A DNA stretch of 64,000 bases from Octopus bimaculoides (GCF_001194135.2 NC_068983.1:66050009-66114008); one strand, 5' to 3'. Counted from the first letter of the stretch, positions 11,400 through 24,243 are shown. The notes: generated from the letters alone by a model not told the origin. A program made the numbers and translations.

Positions 11400-13330
11400 A
11401 AACAGCGACATTAAAAGAGATCCACCTGAAGAGAATATATTGTACACCTTCAACAGAGGTAGTACAAACTGCCTATTATGGGGGAATCAGAGAAGATGCA
11501 AAATATTACAGGTCACTGTCTCTAATTTCACACATCGCCAAAGTCATGAAATGAATAGTCAGAAGAAAGATGATTACGTTCTTAGAAAAAAAACTAAGAC
11601 TTACTGGTACATAGTATAGCTTCCTTCCAAATAGGGGTTTCCTCACAAAGCTCTTACAGTATTACGACCGGATATTGAAATTGCAGCTCAATCATTCATT
11701 TCTGAATGTGATATATCTTGACTTTACGAAGACCTTCGATAAAGTTGATCATGTAATAATGTCGCAAACTACATGATCTCTGAATAGTATATAGGAAACT
11801 AGAGTAGTGNNNNNNNNNNNNNNNNNNNNNNNNNNNNNNNNNNNNNNNNNNNNNNNNNNNNNNNNNNNNNNNNNNNNNNNNNNNNNNNNNNNNNNNNNNN
11901 NNNNNNNNNNNNNNNNNNNNNNNNNNNNNNNNNNNNNNNNNNNNNNNNNNNNNNNNNNNNNNNNNNNNNNNNNNNNNNNNNNNNNNNNNNNNNNNNNNNN
12001 NNNNNNNNNNNNNNNNNNNNNNNNNNNNNNNNNNNNNNNNNNNNNNNNNNNNNNNNNNNNNNNNNNNNNNNNNNNNNNNNNNNNNNNNNNNNNNNNNNNN
12101 NNNNNNNNNNNNNNNNNNNNNNNNNNNNNNNNNNNNNNNNNNNNNNNNNNNNNNNNNNNNNNNNNNNNNNNNNNNNNNNNNNNNNNNNNNNNNNNNNNNN
12201 NNNNNCGAGGGCGACGAGCTACCGAATTCCTTCCAAGCGTGAACTGAATTCCACTGTAAATAAATATTGTTATGTTGTTCAGAATCTGCGTTCCGTTGTT
12301 CCTTCTAGAAATTTAATGTACGGAAGTGGTGTACACCTAATGGTGTATAACCACTTACCTACAAATTCTAATCAGGGTCCCTCAGAGAATGTTACTAGGG
12401 CCATTACTATTTGTGATGGTTCTGCTAGGTAAACCCTTAATCATGCAGACTGTCACCAACTACTCTGTTACATAAGTAGCACATGCAATAAAGAACCCTG
12501 AAATTATCACGAACCTGCAGCGAGATATAAAAGTCATTTATAAATGGGCTGAAGAAAACAACATGGAGTTTAATGCCAGAAAATTTCAAGCGCTCTACTA
12601 TTATCCCACAAAGACATGGCATTCGGATTACACAAGGCAATGAGTGATTGAAATTCCAGAGACACAATCATCGCGGGACCAGGAAATCAATATGGGTAAT
12701 AAATCATCGTTTTTGTGTATATTACTGACGCAACTGGTTGGATGGATTCTGAGATCATTCAGAACAAGAGAACGGGAGACTATGTTGGTCCTGTGGATTA
12801 TTTCCTCCAATTATAGTCGCCAAATTGTTTCAAATACAGAGGAACTTTAGACAACCCAACTCTGTTACATCAGAATGCCGCAATTTAAGCGATGAGCAAC
12901 CGGGTGAGGCTGAAAGAACTGGCACTGTATTCTCTGGAATGGAAGGTGCGAAAGGTACACTAGTACTCTGATGGCGTTCCAGTTCGAAGAGTAAACGTTA
13001 TGTTAATCTCTGAACTGGACGCCACTGCATGGTACCAAAGGTCTCACCCACGCTATCTAGAATTAAAACCGATAGTGTAGCAGTTTAGAGTTCAAAAGCT
13101 CACAACTCTTCAATACTTTACCTAAAACTTAAGAGATTTGCTTGAAGTGGATGAAGTGTTTCGGGGGGGGGGGGTTAATAAATCCACATATCGTTTTTTA
13201 TCTGAGATTCAGAACGAGCCTGCATCACGGCAAAGAACACAAACGAGAACAAAGGTATCCAACTTATTTATTGACCAAAAAACAGCTACAAATAGAGGGC
13301 TGCAGAAAATTGAATGAAAGTAACATTAAT
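11400..13330 (+). mobile_element. CR1/Jockey-group LINE, decayed RT and C-terminus (contains an N-gap)
   Basis: Translates REDAKYYRSLSLISHIAKVM, LNVIYLDFTKTFDKVDH, GPLLFVM, LQRDIKVIYKWAEENNMEFNARKFQ. Confidence 0.8.
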
Positions 13331-13752
13331 GATGGTGCTCCATCTGAAAATTCAAAAAAATTTTTAAGTTATGGTAAGTTATATGGGAACCGTAAACCAC
13401 AATTCCACCAGTTCGATCTGTAAGAGGAACAATATAAATATGTAAGGCGTTCGCTCATTTCAAACTCTATTGTTGTTATCTAAATTCAAACTTTTCATTG
13501 TTTTTATCTAAAGAACTCTGTTTCTTTGCTACAAAAACCAGCTCTAGACTTATTAGCTAAAATTCAAATTATCAAAAAAGATAACCTACGTGTATGTAAA
13601 AACATATTTACGTGTACGTGCACATGTACTGAAATAAGCAAGTATTTGAAACTAGCTTCACTTATATGGGGAAATCTTGCCACGATGTTAGTGAAAGGCT
13701 GACATTCCGTTGATAGCTGAAATAAATTCTAATTACATAATTTCAAGCACCT

Positions 13753-13758
13753 TTTATT
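13753..13758 (-). terminator. Candidate polyadenylation signal AATAAA for the minus-strand gene
   Basis: tttatt on the + strand, about 250 nt past the stop at 14012. The motif is common in AT-rich DNA. Confidence 0.3.
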
Positions 13759-14011
13759 GTTGCAATGAATAAGGTAGAGTTGTCTCCCTTACAACGTCTG
13801 TATTTTAGCTCATTCAGAAAAATTAACTACGACGTTTGGATTTTATTACGCAAGTTTTTAGTTCCGTTAATACAGACATCGTCTCTACCACCACCAGCAC
13901 CACCACTACCACCACCACCCTCATTTTCATCATCATTGCCCTTTATATTATTATCACAATCTTAATACTACATATGCAGCTCCAAATGAACTGATATATC
14001 CCCAGGAAAGT

Positions 14012-14145
14012 TTAAATTGGTGAATGTTTTTTCTGTTCATCTTCTGTTAATTTTCTTTTTCTTTCTATTGGATTCTGCACTCTGATATTTTTTAATGTCG
14101 AATTTGTGGTGTTTATGCTTCTCTTAAAATCATTTAGTGATATAA
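14012..14145 (-). CDS. Candidate terminal coding exon of an unidentified gene: (V)ISLNDFKRSINTTNSTLKNIRVQNPIERKRKLTEDEQKKHSPI*
   Basis: Acceptor tgtcttttaattcag, phase 1, 43 open codons to TAA, unique sequence. A phase-compatible donor ACAG|gtaatg lies 83 nt upstream (14228). Confidence 0.5.
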
Positions 14146-15110
14146 CTGAATTAAAAGACATGCAAATGGAAACAGTAACAAAAATCAAAGAATTATTTCA
14201 CTACTGTCTTACCACAGATATACATTACCTGTCACCCTTGTACTACCTGACTGAGCCAATGGGAGAACATTTATATAAATAAACACAACTATAATACAGT
14301 ACCATTTTGCAATCTTTTTCAGATAGGAAGTATCTGTGATCATACAGCTTGTATAATACAACAGACATTTCTCCTTGAATAAGCACAATACTGTCTTTAA
14401 AACGAGAACCACAAGTTTTATGTTTAACATGTTCTGCAACGACTACACTTATACCATTGGTCAAATGCTAAAGCCTACGCACCAGCTCTCTTGTCTCTAT
14501 ATCAGTTATACTTGCTCTGCAGCTTGAATTCAATCAGTTATGTCTGCATAACAAGACTTCTTAAGAATTAATTGAATTCATTCAACAACAATTTCATTTT
14601 TATGATTTCACATCGCTATCATATCACCTTAATTCAGTTAATGAAAAATTTATGGAAATGCACTGAGATAGTTTGTATCAGTTTCATTGAACATTTCCAC
14701 TAAACTTTGACCTTATGTAATAACCTTTCTCACTATCTGAAGAAAAGTAATTCTAAAATGTTGTCTTTATCATAATAGCAATCAAAATAGTAGAAGTGGA
14801 GTTGAGTTTGTAGCAAATCAAATTTGCAGCTCACTAATTTTCAACTCAAGTTCAGTTCTTAGTTATAGTTATTTCACTTATTCTGATAATTTCTTTCAAA
14901 AAGAAATAAAAGTCTGAATAGGTATTCTTAATTATTTAAAATAATATCTAATAAGTAAGGAAATTTGCATTTATTTATCTCAAAATTAAGGTCATTTACT
15001 TTCTGGGCTACATCATAAGAATATATATCATTCTCAATATTTGACTGGTATACTATGTCTTTTTTTGGATGCTTGTAGAGTGACAGACATGCATTGTGGA
15101 ATATATTTAC

Positions 15111-15361
15111 ATTCTTTTACTAATCCTTCCAGATTTTAAAATATGAGTACTAATAGCATGTTGTTCAAAGTTAGAAAAAAATATCAAGGCATCTTTGAAT
15201 GTATTCATGTGCACCCTCTCACCAATGGTGACTGTGACAGCAGCAATATTACTATGGTCCACTTTAACCTGAGTTGAAAGAGACGTTTTTGAAACATCTT
15301 TTATGGTTGATGCTCTGCTAGATACCAACCTTTTAGTTGCCTCTAACAACATGTGGAATAC
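15111..15361 (-). CDS. Candidate internal exon VFHMLLEATKRLVSSRASTIKDVSKTSLSTQVKVDHSNIAAVTVTI...(donor at 15222 or 15110)
   Basis: Acceptor tttttagaatag; only one frame is open (83 codons); donors ATTG|gtgaga (15222, phase 1) and GAAT|gtaaat (15110, phase 2); non-repetitive composition. Confidence 0.45.
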
Positions 15362-15785
15362 CTATTCTAAAAACTGGAGAACAAATAGAATTAATATGCA
15401 ATTAATTAGGTTTCTATTGATGGATAAATAAATTATTATAAACACCTATTAATTAGTTATGTTTAACTACTGGTGTAGTTTTCATTTATTTTTATTTATA
15501 GGTGTCAATATAATTGACTATACCCCTGCTCAAAGAATATGTGGTCTTGTGCCAATATTGAACTTTTTATTAACAGAATCAATGGACCATCAGACAAACT
15601 GTTTGTCATCATATTTAATCATGACTCTTTACATTCTTAGTACAATTCTAAACATGTGTGACTTTATCTTTCGTCCATCTAAAGTGGATAAAATAAAGTA
15701 TCAATGAAGTACATCTTATCTATACAATCCTAGCTCCAAATCTGTGGTCTTGTGCCAGTCATCATCATCATTGCCATCATCATTG

Positions 15786-16025
15786 TCATCATCATCATCA
15801 TCATCATTTAACATCCATTTTCCATGCTGGCATGTGTTGGATAGCTTGGCAGGAACTGGTAAGGCCAGGGGTTGCGTCAAGTTCCATAATCTGTTTTGGC
15901 TTGATTTTTATGGCTGGATGCCATTCCTAATGCCAACCACTCCACAGAGTGTACTGGGTGTTTTTTATATGGCACCATCACAGGTGCTTTTTAAATGGCG
16001 CCAGCACCAGAGCTTTTTATATGAC
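15786..16025 (-). mobile_element. Element C (3' end of the 20745-type RTE LINE), degenerate
   Basis: (CAT)n then tttaacatccattttccatgctggcatg...ggatgccattcctaatgccaaccactcc. Confidence 0.75.
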
Positions 16026-16139
16026 TCTCAGCTATGGTTTTAAGATCTCAATTCCGCTGTGGTGGTCAGGTCTTTTCAAGTACAGCAATTCTTATTGCTA
16101 TTTCTAGTATTATCATCTTCATGATCATTAACAATGAGG

Positions 16140-16690
16140 AAATCTCTATGTGATTGTTCAACCTGCTAAAAATAACAGTCAGATCTCTCTTGACATTCTC
16201 TCAAAAAATGAAAGGCAGTATTGGATAATGTATACTGATATAAACTGTCTTAAAAGATGGGATGGTCAAGGTTAGAAAGCTTTTGATCATATGCCAGATC
16301 AAACGGAGCTGACCTTGGGCTAAACAACAACAACAACAAAGTTAACATATTTTCAAGGAAGATCTGACTGTAATCAATGTTTGACAAAATCAATACTGTA
16401 TCTAACAATAAAAAGTCATTGATCCTAACATATAACAAAGCATTTCTTCTCTATATAGGTACCATCTGGTCCATGTTCTGTTTGTAATGATTTCTTCACT
16501 TAACAGTTGCTGTTTAGCCTCAAACCAGGCCTCTTGAAACAGAGTGTGATCAAAGGTTTTCCAGCTACAACTATGTCATCTTTTCTTCAGACATAATATA
16601 TCTTGGATAGCATTCTCCAATGTTCTTTTTTTGTCTTTTTAAAGACTGTAGTGTATAATCTGAGGATGTTATTTCAAGAGAGAATTGCTA
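16140..16690. repeat. Inverted pair of dispersed repeat family D (16140-16340 +, 16505-16690 -); third copy at about 48715-48870
   Basis: ...gatgggatggtca..ttttgatca..gaccttgggctaaacaacaac is mirrored by gttgctgtttagcctc...gatcaaagg..ccagc..catctttt. Confidence 0.55.
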
Positions 16691-17466
16691 TGCCATCTTT
16701 ATTGGACTAGTTTCTCTCTTACCTGGATATTTTCTGCAAATAAGAGTGTATTAATTCAACTATCACCCTCATCCTTCTAATTTTCTTTTTCCTGTTACTC
16801 ATTGGCTTAGACATTGTAAATTATGCGGCCAATTTGGATGAGTGAACCCTTCTATAAATCTTAATTTTGTTTTAACTAAACTTAAAATTACAAAGCTAAA
16901 ATGCTACAACATTATGTGAATTCATCTTTACATAGCAGAGCTGAGTAATCAAAGTGCATATGCTGTATATTTCCACTTGTTATACAACCATAATGTAATG
17001 TAAATTTGTAATTGTTGTTTAATGTTGAAAATGTGACTCAATTCATTTACACTAGTTATTTGTGTTGTAGTTTTGCTTGACAATATAAAGTTTAAGTTGA
17101 AAATGTACACTATAAAATCCTTCCTACCTATTTAATATTTAAAAACCCCAGCTAGATTTAATGGGATGCTTATTATGACAGTGTCTATGATAATTTAGTG
17201 ATAACATGATTCATTCAACCAGTTTTATTTATGAGAAAAATAATAATCAGATTCAATTATTATACAATGAGTTTAATCCAACAAACTAGAAAAATAAAAT
17301 AGCTAGTCTGTTAATTAGAATCTTATTAAAATTAATTAAATAAGTTTACCTATTTATCATTGCCATTCAATGTTTTTATCATAATTTGTCTAATTTAAAG
17401 TGTATTAGATCTCAAAAGTATTCTGAATATTGGATCAACTTTACACAACCAGTCATTCATGAATAA

Positions 17467-17612
17467 TCATCATCATCATCGTCGTTTAACGTCTGCTTTC
17501 CATGCTAGCATGGGTTGGACGATTTGACTGAAGACTGGTGGACCAGATGGCTACACCAGGCTCCAATCTGATTTGGCAGAGTTTCTACAGCTGAATGCCC
17601 TTCCTAACGCCA
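17467..17612 (-). mobile_element. Element C short copy
   Basis: catcatcgtcgtttaacgtctgctttccatgctagcatgggttggacgatttgactg... Confidence 0.85.
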
Positions 17613-19379
17613 TAATAAAAAGATCAGAATTACTGAATCAAAATTGATAGCTTGCAAGTATTTAATTAAAAGTGTATTGGATCTCAGAAGTATTCAGAGT
17701 ATTGGATCAACTTTAAGCATGCAATTCTTCATAAACATTGAAGGCAGTATTGTACTTCAACAGTAGAACAAGTACAGAGTCACTGAATCAGAAACAAAAA
17801 CTTGCAAGCATTTATTTTGGGAGGAACTGAATCTTGAAAATATTCTAATACGCTCCATTTTTCATACAAATTAAAAGCAGTATATGCACATAACATAGGG
17901 TCACTTAAATTACAAGGACTATAGCATATGCTAGCCTTATTACTAGACTAATCCAGTACTGAGAATATAATGGATCTATTTATTTTTGTTATCAAAGCAT
18001 TTTCTGATAAGCTATAACTACTGCAGGGTAATGATTAGAAATTATTTCATAAAGATTTTAACCAAAACTCACAAAATTCTTTTTTAATACACGAATAAGA
18101 TGTAATTGTTTTACATGTGGGGTTTTTTNNNNNNNNNNTGTACTAATTTCAGAGTTGAATTAAAATCTGTTAGCTACATCACTTTTAAAGTGTTAGTTTT
18201 CACTAAAATATTTCTTTGCATGCCATTACAGTGGATCTAAAATCTAAAATCTTCAAGATAATATTCCTCGAGTGTTTTCAGCTTCAATCTTCAAATTTAT
18301 TGAAATTTTATGATTAAAAAAATAAAACACAGGTTAAAAATGTTCAATCAATTTTTGATATTGAATACTGAAAGAAAACAGAATAATTATACAGAGAAGA
18401 GTCTGGTTTTTAACTAATTCTCCCAAGAATGAAACCAAAATCTTTACTGAAATTTTATTCACCAAAAAACATCATTCTTATGGAAAGGTATTAAAAAAAA
18501 ACTTTAGGTTAAATGGGTTTAATTTTTCCGTAAACAAAATGTCCCTAGAAACATTAGCAGAAAACACCAACTGATAACATTAGATTTACAGCTCGGCTGT
18601 CGATGTTGATTTGATATAATGCCATTGAAAGAAATTAAATTTAATCCTTCAGAAACAAACAAGAAATTTAAGATGTTTAGGAAATGGTGCAAGCATAGCC
18701 ATGTGGCACAGTAAGTTTGTGTTACAGCCACATGTTTTTATGTCCAGTTTTACTGTATCATGCCTCAGGCAAGTGTTTTCTGCTGAAGACTTGAATTGAC
18801 TAATGCTTTAGTAAGTAGAATATGATAGACAAATAAGTATGTAGAAGCCCATTGTTGGGGGGGGGCATATATATATGTATTTGTACACACATATATATGT
18901 GTTTCTGTGGGTGTGCACTTGTGTGCATGGGCATGTACATGCTTGTGTGTATGTGTGTGTGTGTGTGTGTGCACATGCTTGTGCGTGTGTATGTGTGTGC
19001 ATGTGAGTGTGTGTGCTTGTGTGTGTGTGCTTGTGTGTGGGGGGGTGAGAGAGACCATGTCACAATCAGTGTTGACATGCATCACTTCATACTGCAATAT
19101 ATATTTCTTAGAGACAGATAAGAGAGATGATGAAATTTGTTGTGGAGAGAAATAGGTACTGGGATGAATATGCTCAACCAAACCCTTAAAGAAGGCTCAG
19201 AATCATAGCCACAGTCTAATAACTAAAACCAGTGCAAGAATAGGAATAGGAAACTTGAGATCTCAATGCCTTTATTAAAACTATTAGCAGCTTAAGCAAG
19301 TTGGAATGGCTTCATGTAGAAATCAAAATCAGATGACCAAAAGACAAACAAGAAGCAAGATATTTGTTCGATGTTTGGC

Positions 19380-19820
19380 AGTGTGTGATATGGGAGGGCA
19401 TGGCTGGAGGTGATATGGTGCAGCAGTATAGTATAAGCATTGTGAGATACTTTATATAGTTCTGCGTGATATACTGTATCTCAGTGTGTGTTGTGATATT
19501 TAGCAGTGTATGAAATGATGTCTAGTTATATAATAACCAGTGTGTAGCCATATGTGATATAGTGTGCCAATATGTATGGTGTGTAACAGTGAGTAATAAG
19601 GTACATAGTAATGTATATGTATACCGTTGTATTTAGTAGTGCTGAATATGGAGTGAAGCAGAATTTTATACAGCATGTTGTAGTGTGAAATATGCTGCAT
19701 AGCAGTGGATGATGTTTTGTGTAGGTGTGTACTACAGAAGGGAAGAACAGCATATATATTGTAGCAGTGTCTGAAGCAATATGTTCTAGTACAGAATATT
19801 CTATTACAGTATTTCATATT
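19380..19820. repeat. Highly decayed pentanucleotide-like (TAGTG/TATAG/TAGCA) satellite
   Basis: Approximate 5-bp periodicity by eye; G-rich and C-poor on the + strand. Confidence 0.5.
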
Positions 19821-20744
19821 GAATGAAAATATGAAATGTGTGAATACAGATTTTTGCTTTTTTTTTTATTTTTATTTTTTGATAGTCATACAAATGCATT
19901 TGGGGATATGGGGTCTGCAGATTGAGCCAACCTCCAACCTCAGTATATATCTGGTACTTATTTCATTGATTCCAAACAGTGATGAAGAAGAAATTGGACA
20001 TCAGTCAGGTTTCAACCGAGTGAATATAATAAGATAAAATTAAATACATTTTGAAGTTTAGTCCAATACTTTACCAATTCTGTCATTCATTCATGATTAT
20101 AAAGGTTGCTGACCTTCTGCAAATATCATTTCTAATTGATATTAGCACAAAGTCAGCAACCTTTGCAATCATTTGTCTCCAATTTTGCAAATTCCCACAC
20201 ATAACATGAAAGTACCAATTCTACCACATGTTCTCTTCTACTTCTGTAACTCACATTGGCACAAGGTTACAAGTTTTGTCAGACTAGGTGTGTAGCCACT
20301 TGAAATGGTTCATGTTTGCTTCATTAAAAAAAGATATTCCTGTCTTTGACCGTTTAATTGTTGAGGTTTTAAAAGAAATGTATCAGTAAACTATAATACC
20401 AAGCTTACTATACACAGTGCTTGGGTATACTGCAATTCACCAGAAAAGGGTGAAAGAGAAGACAGAAAGCAGTAATAAATCAAGTGAAGAAAAATAGCAA
20501 TGATAGTGTTAATTAACTACTTAGTACTCAGGATAAAACACAAAAAGATAGAAAAGTGAACAGTAAATGAGCCATAAATAAGAGAAGGTGCCTGGAAGTG
20601 TTGGTGGATTTTAGGAAGAATGGAATTTTTCTTGTGTATACAGTACCCTGACTGCAAACAGCCAAAGCAGGTAGTTTATTCAATGCTTTGACAATTCCTA
20701 ACATAAAAATGTGCTTCTGAATGTCATGGATGCTGTGCTGTTTT

Positions 20745-23005
20745 TGATTTTATAAGCATGAAGACAGGGAAAGCCCCCAGCCCATCAGGAATCACTGCAG
20801 AGATGCTTAAAATATCTGGCAGTGTTGGCTAAAGCCTAGTCACCCGTATAGTTAACTAAGTGATACACGAAGGAGTCATACCCAATGACTGGTGTAGCAG
20901 CACCATAGTCAACTGCTACAAAGGTAAAGGTGATGCTTTAGACGCAAACAATTACAGAGGTATCAAGTTGTTGGATCAGGTAATGAAGGTCACGGAGAGG
21001 GTCATAGCCCAACTAATTAGGGAGAGAGTCAGCTTAGATGAGATGCAGTTTGGGTTTGTGCCAGGGAAAAGCACCACTGATGCTATATTTCTGGTAAGAC
21101 AGCTGCAAGAGAAATACTTAGCCAAAGATAAACCTCTGTACCTGGCTTTCATTGACATGGAGAAAGCCTTTGACAGGGTCCCCCGATCCCTTATCTGGTG
21201 ATCAATGAAGAAACTAGGAATAGATGAACGGTTAGTGAGAGCTGTGGGAGCCATGTACAGGGATGCTGTCAGTAAGGTGAGGGTTGGCAACGAGTACAGT
21301 GAAGAATTTCGGGTAGAGGTAAGGGTCCACCAAGGCTCAGTCCTCAGCCCCCTCAGCCCCCTCCTATTGCCTCCAGGCAATAACACAGGAATTCAAGACA
21401 GGTTGCCCATGGGAGCTCCTCTATGCTGATGACCTTTCTCTAATTGCTGAGTCACTATCAGAACTAGAGGAGTTTCAGGTGTGGAACCAAAGACTAGAAT
21501 CGAAGGGCCTTTGAGTCAACCTAGCTAAAACCAAAGACCTAATAAGTAGGAAGGTAGACAAACCACAAACCCTTTCAGGTAGATGGCCCTGCTCAATCTG
21601 TAGAAAAGGCGTAGGTAGAAACTCTATAAGATGCACCCAGTGTAAGCTATGGACACATAAGAGGTGTAACAATATCAAAGGGAGGCTAACTAGGAAGATA
21701 GTTTTGTATGTGGCAGATGCTCAGGAGCAATAAACACTGAAAATGTGCAGAGAACAACTTCTGCCACATTCCAAGGAGAGAAACGAGAAGTAGTTGATAG
21801 CTTCTGTTACTTAGGTGACCAAGTAAGCAGTGGGGTAGGGTGCGCTGAAAGTATAGGTGCTAGAATAAAAATAGCCTGGGCAAAGTTCAGAGAGCTCTTA
21901 CTTCTGCTGGTGACAAAGGGCCTCTCACTCAGAGTAAAAGGCAGACTGTATGACGCTTGTGTATGAACAGCCATGCTGCATGGTAGTGAAACATGGACAG
22001 TGACTGCTGAGGACATGTGTAAGATCGCAAGGAATGAAGCCAGTATGCACCAACGTATGTGTAATGTCAGTGTGCATACTTGACAGAGTGTAAGTACCTT
22101 GAGAGAAAAGTCGGACCTAAGAAGCATCAGTTGTGGTGTGTAAGGGAGACGATTGCGCTGGTATGGTCATTTGGTGAGAATGGATGAGAATAGCTGTGTG
22201 AAAAATGCCACACCCTAGCGGTTGAGGGAACCTATGGAAGAGGTAGACCCAGGAAGACCTGGGATGAGGTGGTGAAGCATAACCTTTGAACATTAGGCTT
22301 CACCGAGGCAATCACTAGGGACCGAGACCTTTGGAAATATGCTGTGCATGAGAAGACCCGGCAAGACAAGTGAGACCATAACCAGTGGCCTTTACCAGGG
22401 GTGTAGCCAGCCCAATTATGTGTACCTTTGGACACAAAACCCTGCTTGCAAAGACCTGTTGAGGCAAGGGAAATCAAAATCTAAATTGAACCAAATTCGA
22501 TGATTGGCACTCTTGCCAACCATCCTTCATTGGACACTAAACTCAGCTTGCGAAGACCTGTTGGGGCAAGTGAGATCGAAACTGAACCGAATCCGATGAT
22601 TGGCACTCATGCCAGTGGAGCACTAGCAGCACCATCCGAGCGGGATCACTGCCAGAGCAGCTGTCTCACTTCCGTGCCAGTGGCACGTAAAAAGCAGCAT
22701 TCAGGTGTGATTGTTTCCAGCTTCGCCTTACTGGCACTTGTGCCAGTGGCATGTGAATAAAACATTGGACTGACTCCTGTGCAGGTGGCACGTAAAAATC
22801 ACCCACTANNNNNNNNNNGGACTGACTCCTGTGCAGGTGGCACGTAAAAATCACCCACTACACTCTCGGAGTGGTTGGCATTAGGAAGGGCATCCAGCTC
22901 TTGAATCTCTGCCAGATCAGATTGGAGGCTAGTGTAGCCATCTGGTTCGCCATTCCCCAGTCAAATCGTCCAACCCATGATAGCAGGGAAAGTGGATGTT
23001 AAATG
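20745..23005 (+). mobile_element. RTE-clade LINE, 5'-truncated, RT pseudogene plus long 3' UTR and (GAT)n tail
   Basis: KTGKAP, NYRGIKLLDQVMK, QFGFVPGKSTTDAIF, FIDMEKAFDRVP, HQGSVLSPL, LLYADDL, DSFCYLG, RLRWYGH; several stops and frameshifts. Confidence 0.95.
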
Positions 23006-23214
23006 ATGATGATGATGATGATGACGAAACATGTCCATGGACAGCAGAGATATTGAATTCAAAAAGATAGCCAAAGTTGTTGCTCAATAGATAGCTGATA
23101 ATCTTGCAGTCTTCTACCATGTCAGCTGCTAGACATTAAAGCTGAGAATTTTTCTACAACATGCTAACAATTTGGTCATCTCACTGCCCTATTCTGCTTG
23201 CTCAATATTATTGT

Positions 23215-23782
23215 TATTACTGAGTGAGAGAGCAATGCATGCCATCAAAGTGACCCTGGGATACAAATATATGAATCCGAATATACCCATCGTGACTATC
23301 TGTCTGATAAGGGTACACTACTAGGCACATGCATCATGACCATATGAGCATGACATGGTGATTTCATATCAAGATAAACAGTGCATGACCTTGCAGGTGG
23401 GACCCAATTAGAACTTTCTTCAAGTCAAAAAGCCTATCCCACTTAAAAGGTCCCTGAATAAGGGTTGTTTAAAGATGTTGAACAAAACACCCATGTTTCC
23501 AGAGGAGAATTATTCAAACCCCAAAGAACTACTCTCAAAACATGATTACAATGCTTCTTCACTACTTCTGCTCATGATCAGATATGCACATATTGTCAGC
23601 CACCATGGGACATGCTCAACTAGTTAAAGTTAAACAACTGACAAGCAAATCTGTGGTACTGAACAGAATATTTACTGTAGCCCATCTTTTACACCAAGAC
23701 AAAATATGTACATGATAATACTTTCAATCAGTTAAGATTAGAAGCTATGAGAGCCAGTACCTGGTATTGCATCAAGGCATTT
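23215..23782. repeat. About 570 bp non-coding element flanked by (TTA)n on both sides
   Basis: Complex sequence sharply bounded by ttattgttatta (left) and ttattattatt (right); no ORF. I recognise it as a dispersed octopus repeat only from memory. Confidence 0.45.
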
Positions 23783-23989
23783 ATTATTATTATTATTGTT
23801 GTTGTTGTTGTTGTTATTATTATTATTATCATTATTATTATTATTATTCAGTAGTCTTAATTTTATCTCATGCTTTCACTGCACTACCAAGCGCAGCTCT
23901 GTGTGCCTTGGGTATGTGCTGTGGTTTGTTGTGATGCTCTTATTTTTACTGTATTGAAAGTGTTTACGTAGGATATGTGTGGCGCATAA

Positions 23990-24243
23990 AATACATCATT
24001 TCGAGCATGGACGTTGCCAGTACCGCCTGACTGGCCTTCGTGTCGGTGGCATGTAAAAGCACCCACTACACTCTCGGAGTGGTTGGCATTTGGCGTTAGG
24101 AAGGGCATCCAGCTGTAGAAACTCTGTCAAATCAGATTAGAGCCTGGTGTAGCCACCTGGTCCACCAGTCCTCAGTCAAATTGTCCAACCCATGCTAGCA
24201 TGGAAAGCGGACGTTAAACGACGATGGTGATGATGATGATGAT
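23990..24243 (+). mobile_element. Element C copy (truncates the adjacent R4-type remnant)
   Basis: gtggcatgtaaaagcacccactacactctcggagtgg...ggacgttaaacgacgatg. Confidence 0.85.

Noticed and set aside
14243-14510. Frame ...RELVRRL-UAG-HLTNGISVVVAEH... that would be extended by A-to-I editing of UAG to Trp
   Set aside because: It has no convincing donor or acceptor in this frame and no recognisable homology; an overlapping frame fits the downstream exon phase better. Speculative without RNA data.
17398-17830. Diverged direct repeats (aagtgtatt.gatctc..aagtattc...) on both sides of an element C copy
   Set aside because: They look like an old local tandem duplication rather than a TSD or LTR; no further structure.
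18591-18709. Plus-strand exon-like segment ending in CACA|gtaagt
   Set aside because: The donor lies in a degenerate SINE-B head (about 18690-18800), and all frames from the acceptor hit stops.
20290-20390. Short + frame LKWFMFASLKKDIPVFDRLIVEVLKEMYQ resembling a CENP-B/pogo HTH
   Set aside because: Too short and too weak; no other pogo parts or TIRs nearby.
22768-22860. Direct repeat of about 42 bp around a 10-N gap (also 62339-62405)
   Set aside because: Exact duplicate on each side of a minimal gap, typical of unmerged contig overlap.
22681-22990. Possible twister or HDV-like ribozyme in the RTE 3' UTR / element C (gtggcacgtaaaa...ggaagggcatcc)
   Set aside because: I could not fit the twister or HDV pseudoknot consensus; such ribozymes are usually at RTE 5' ends, which are missing here.
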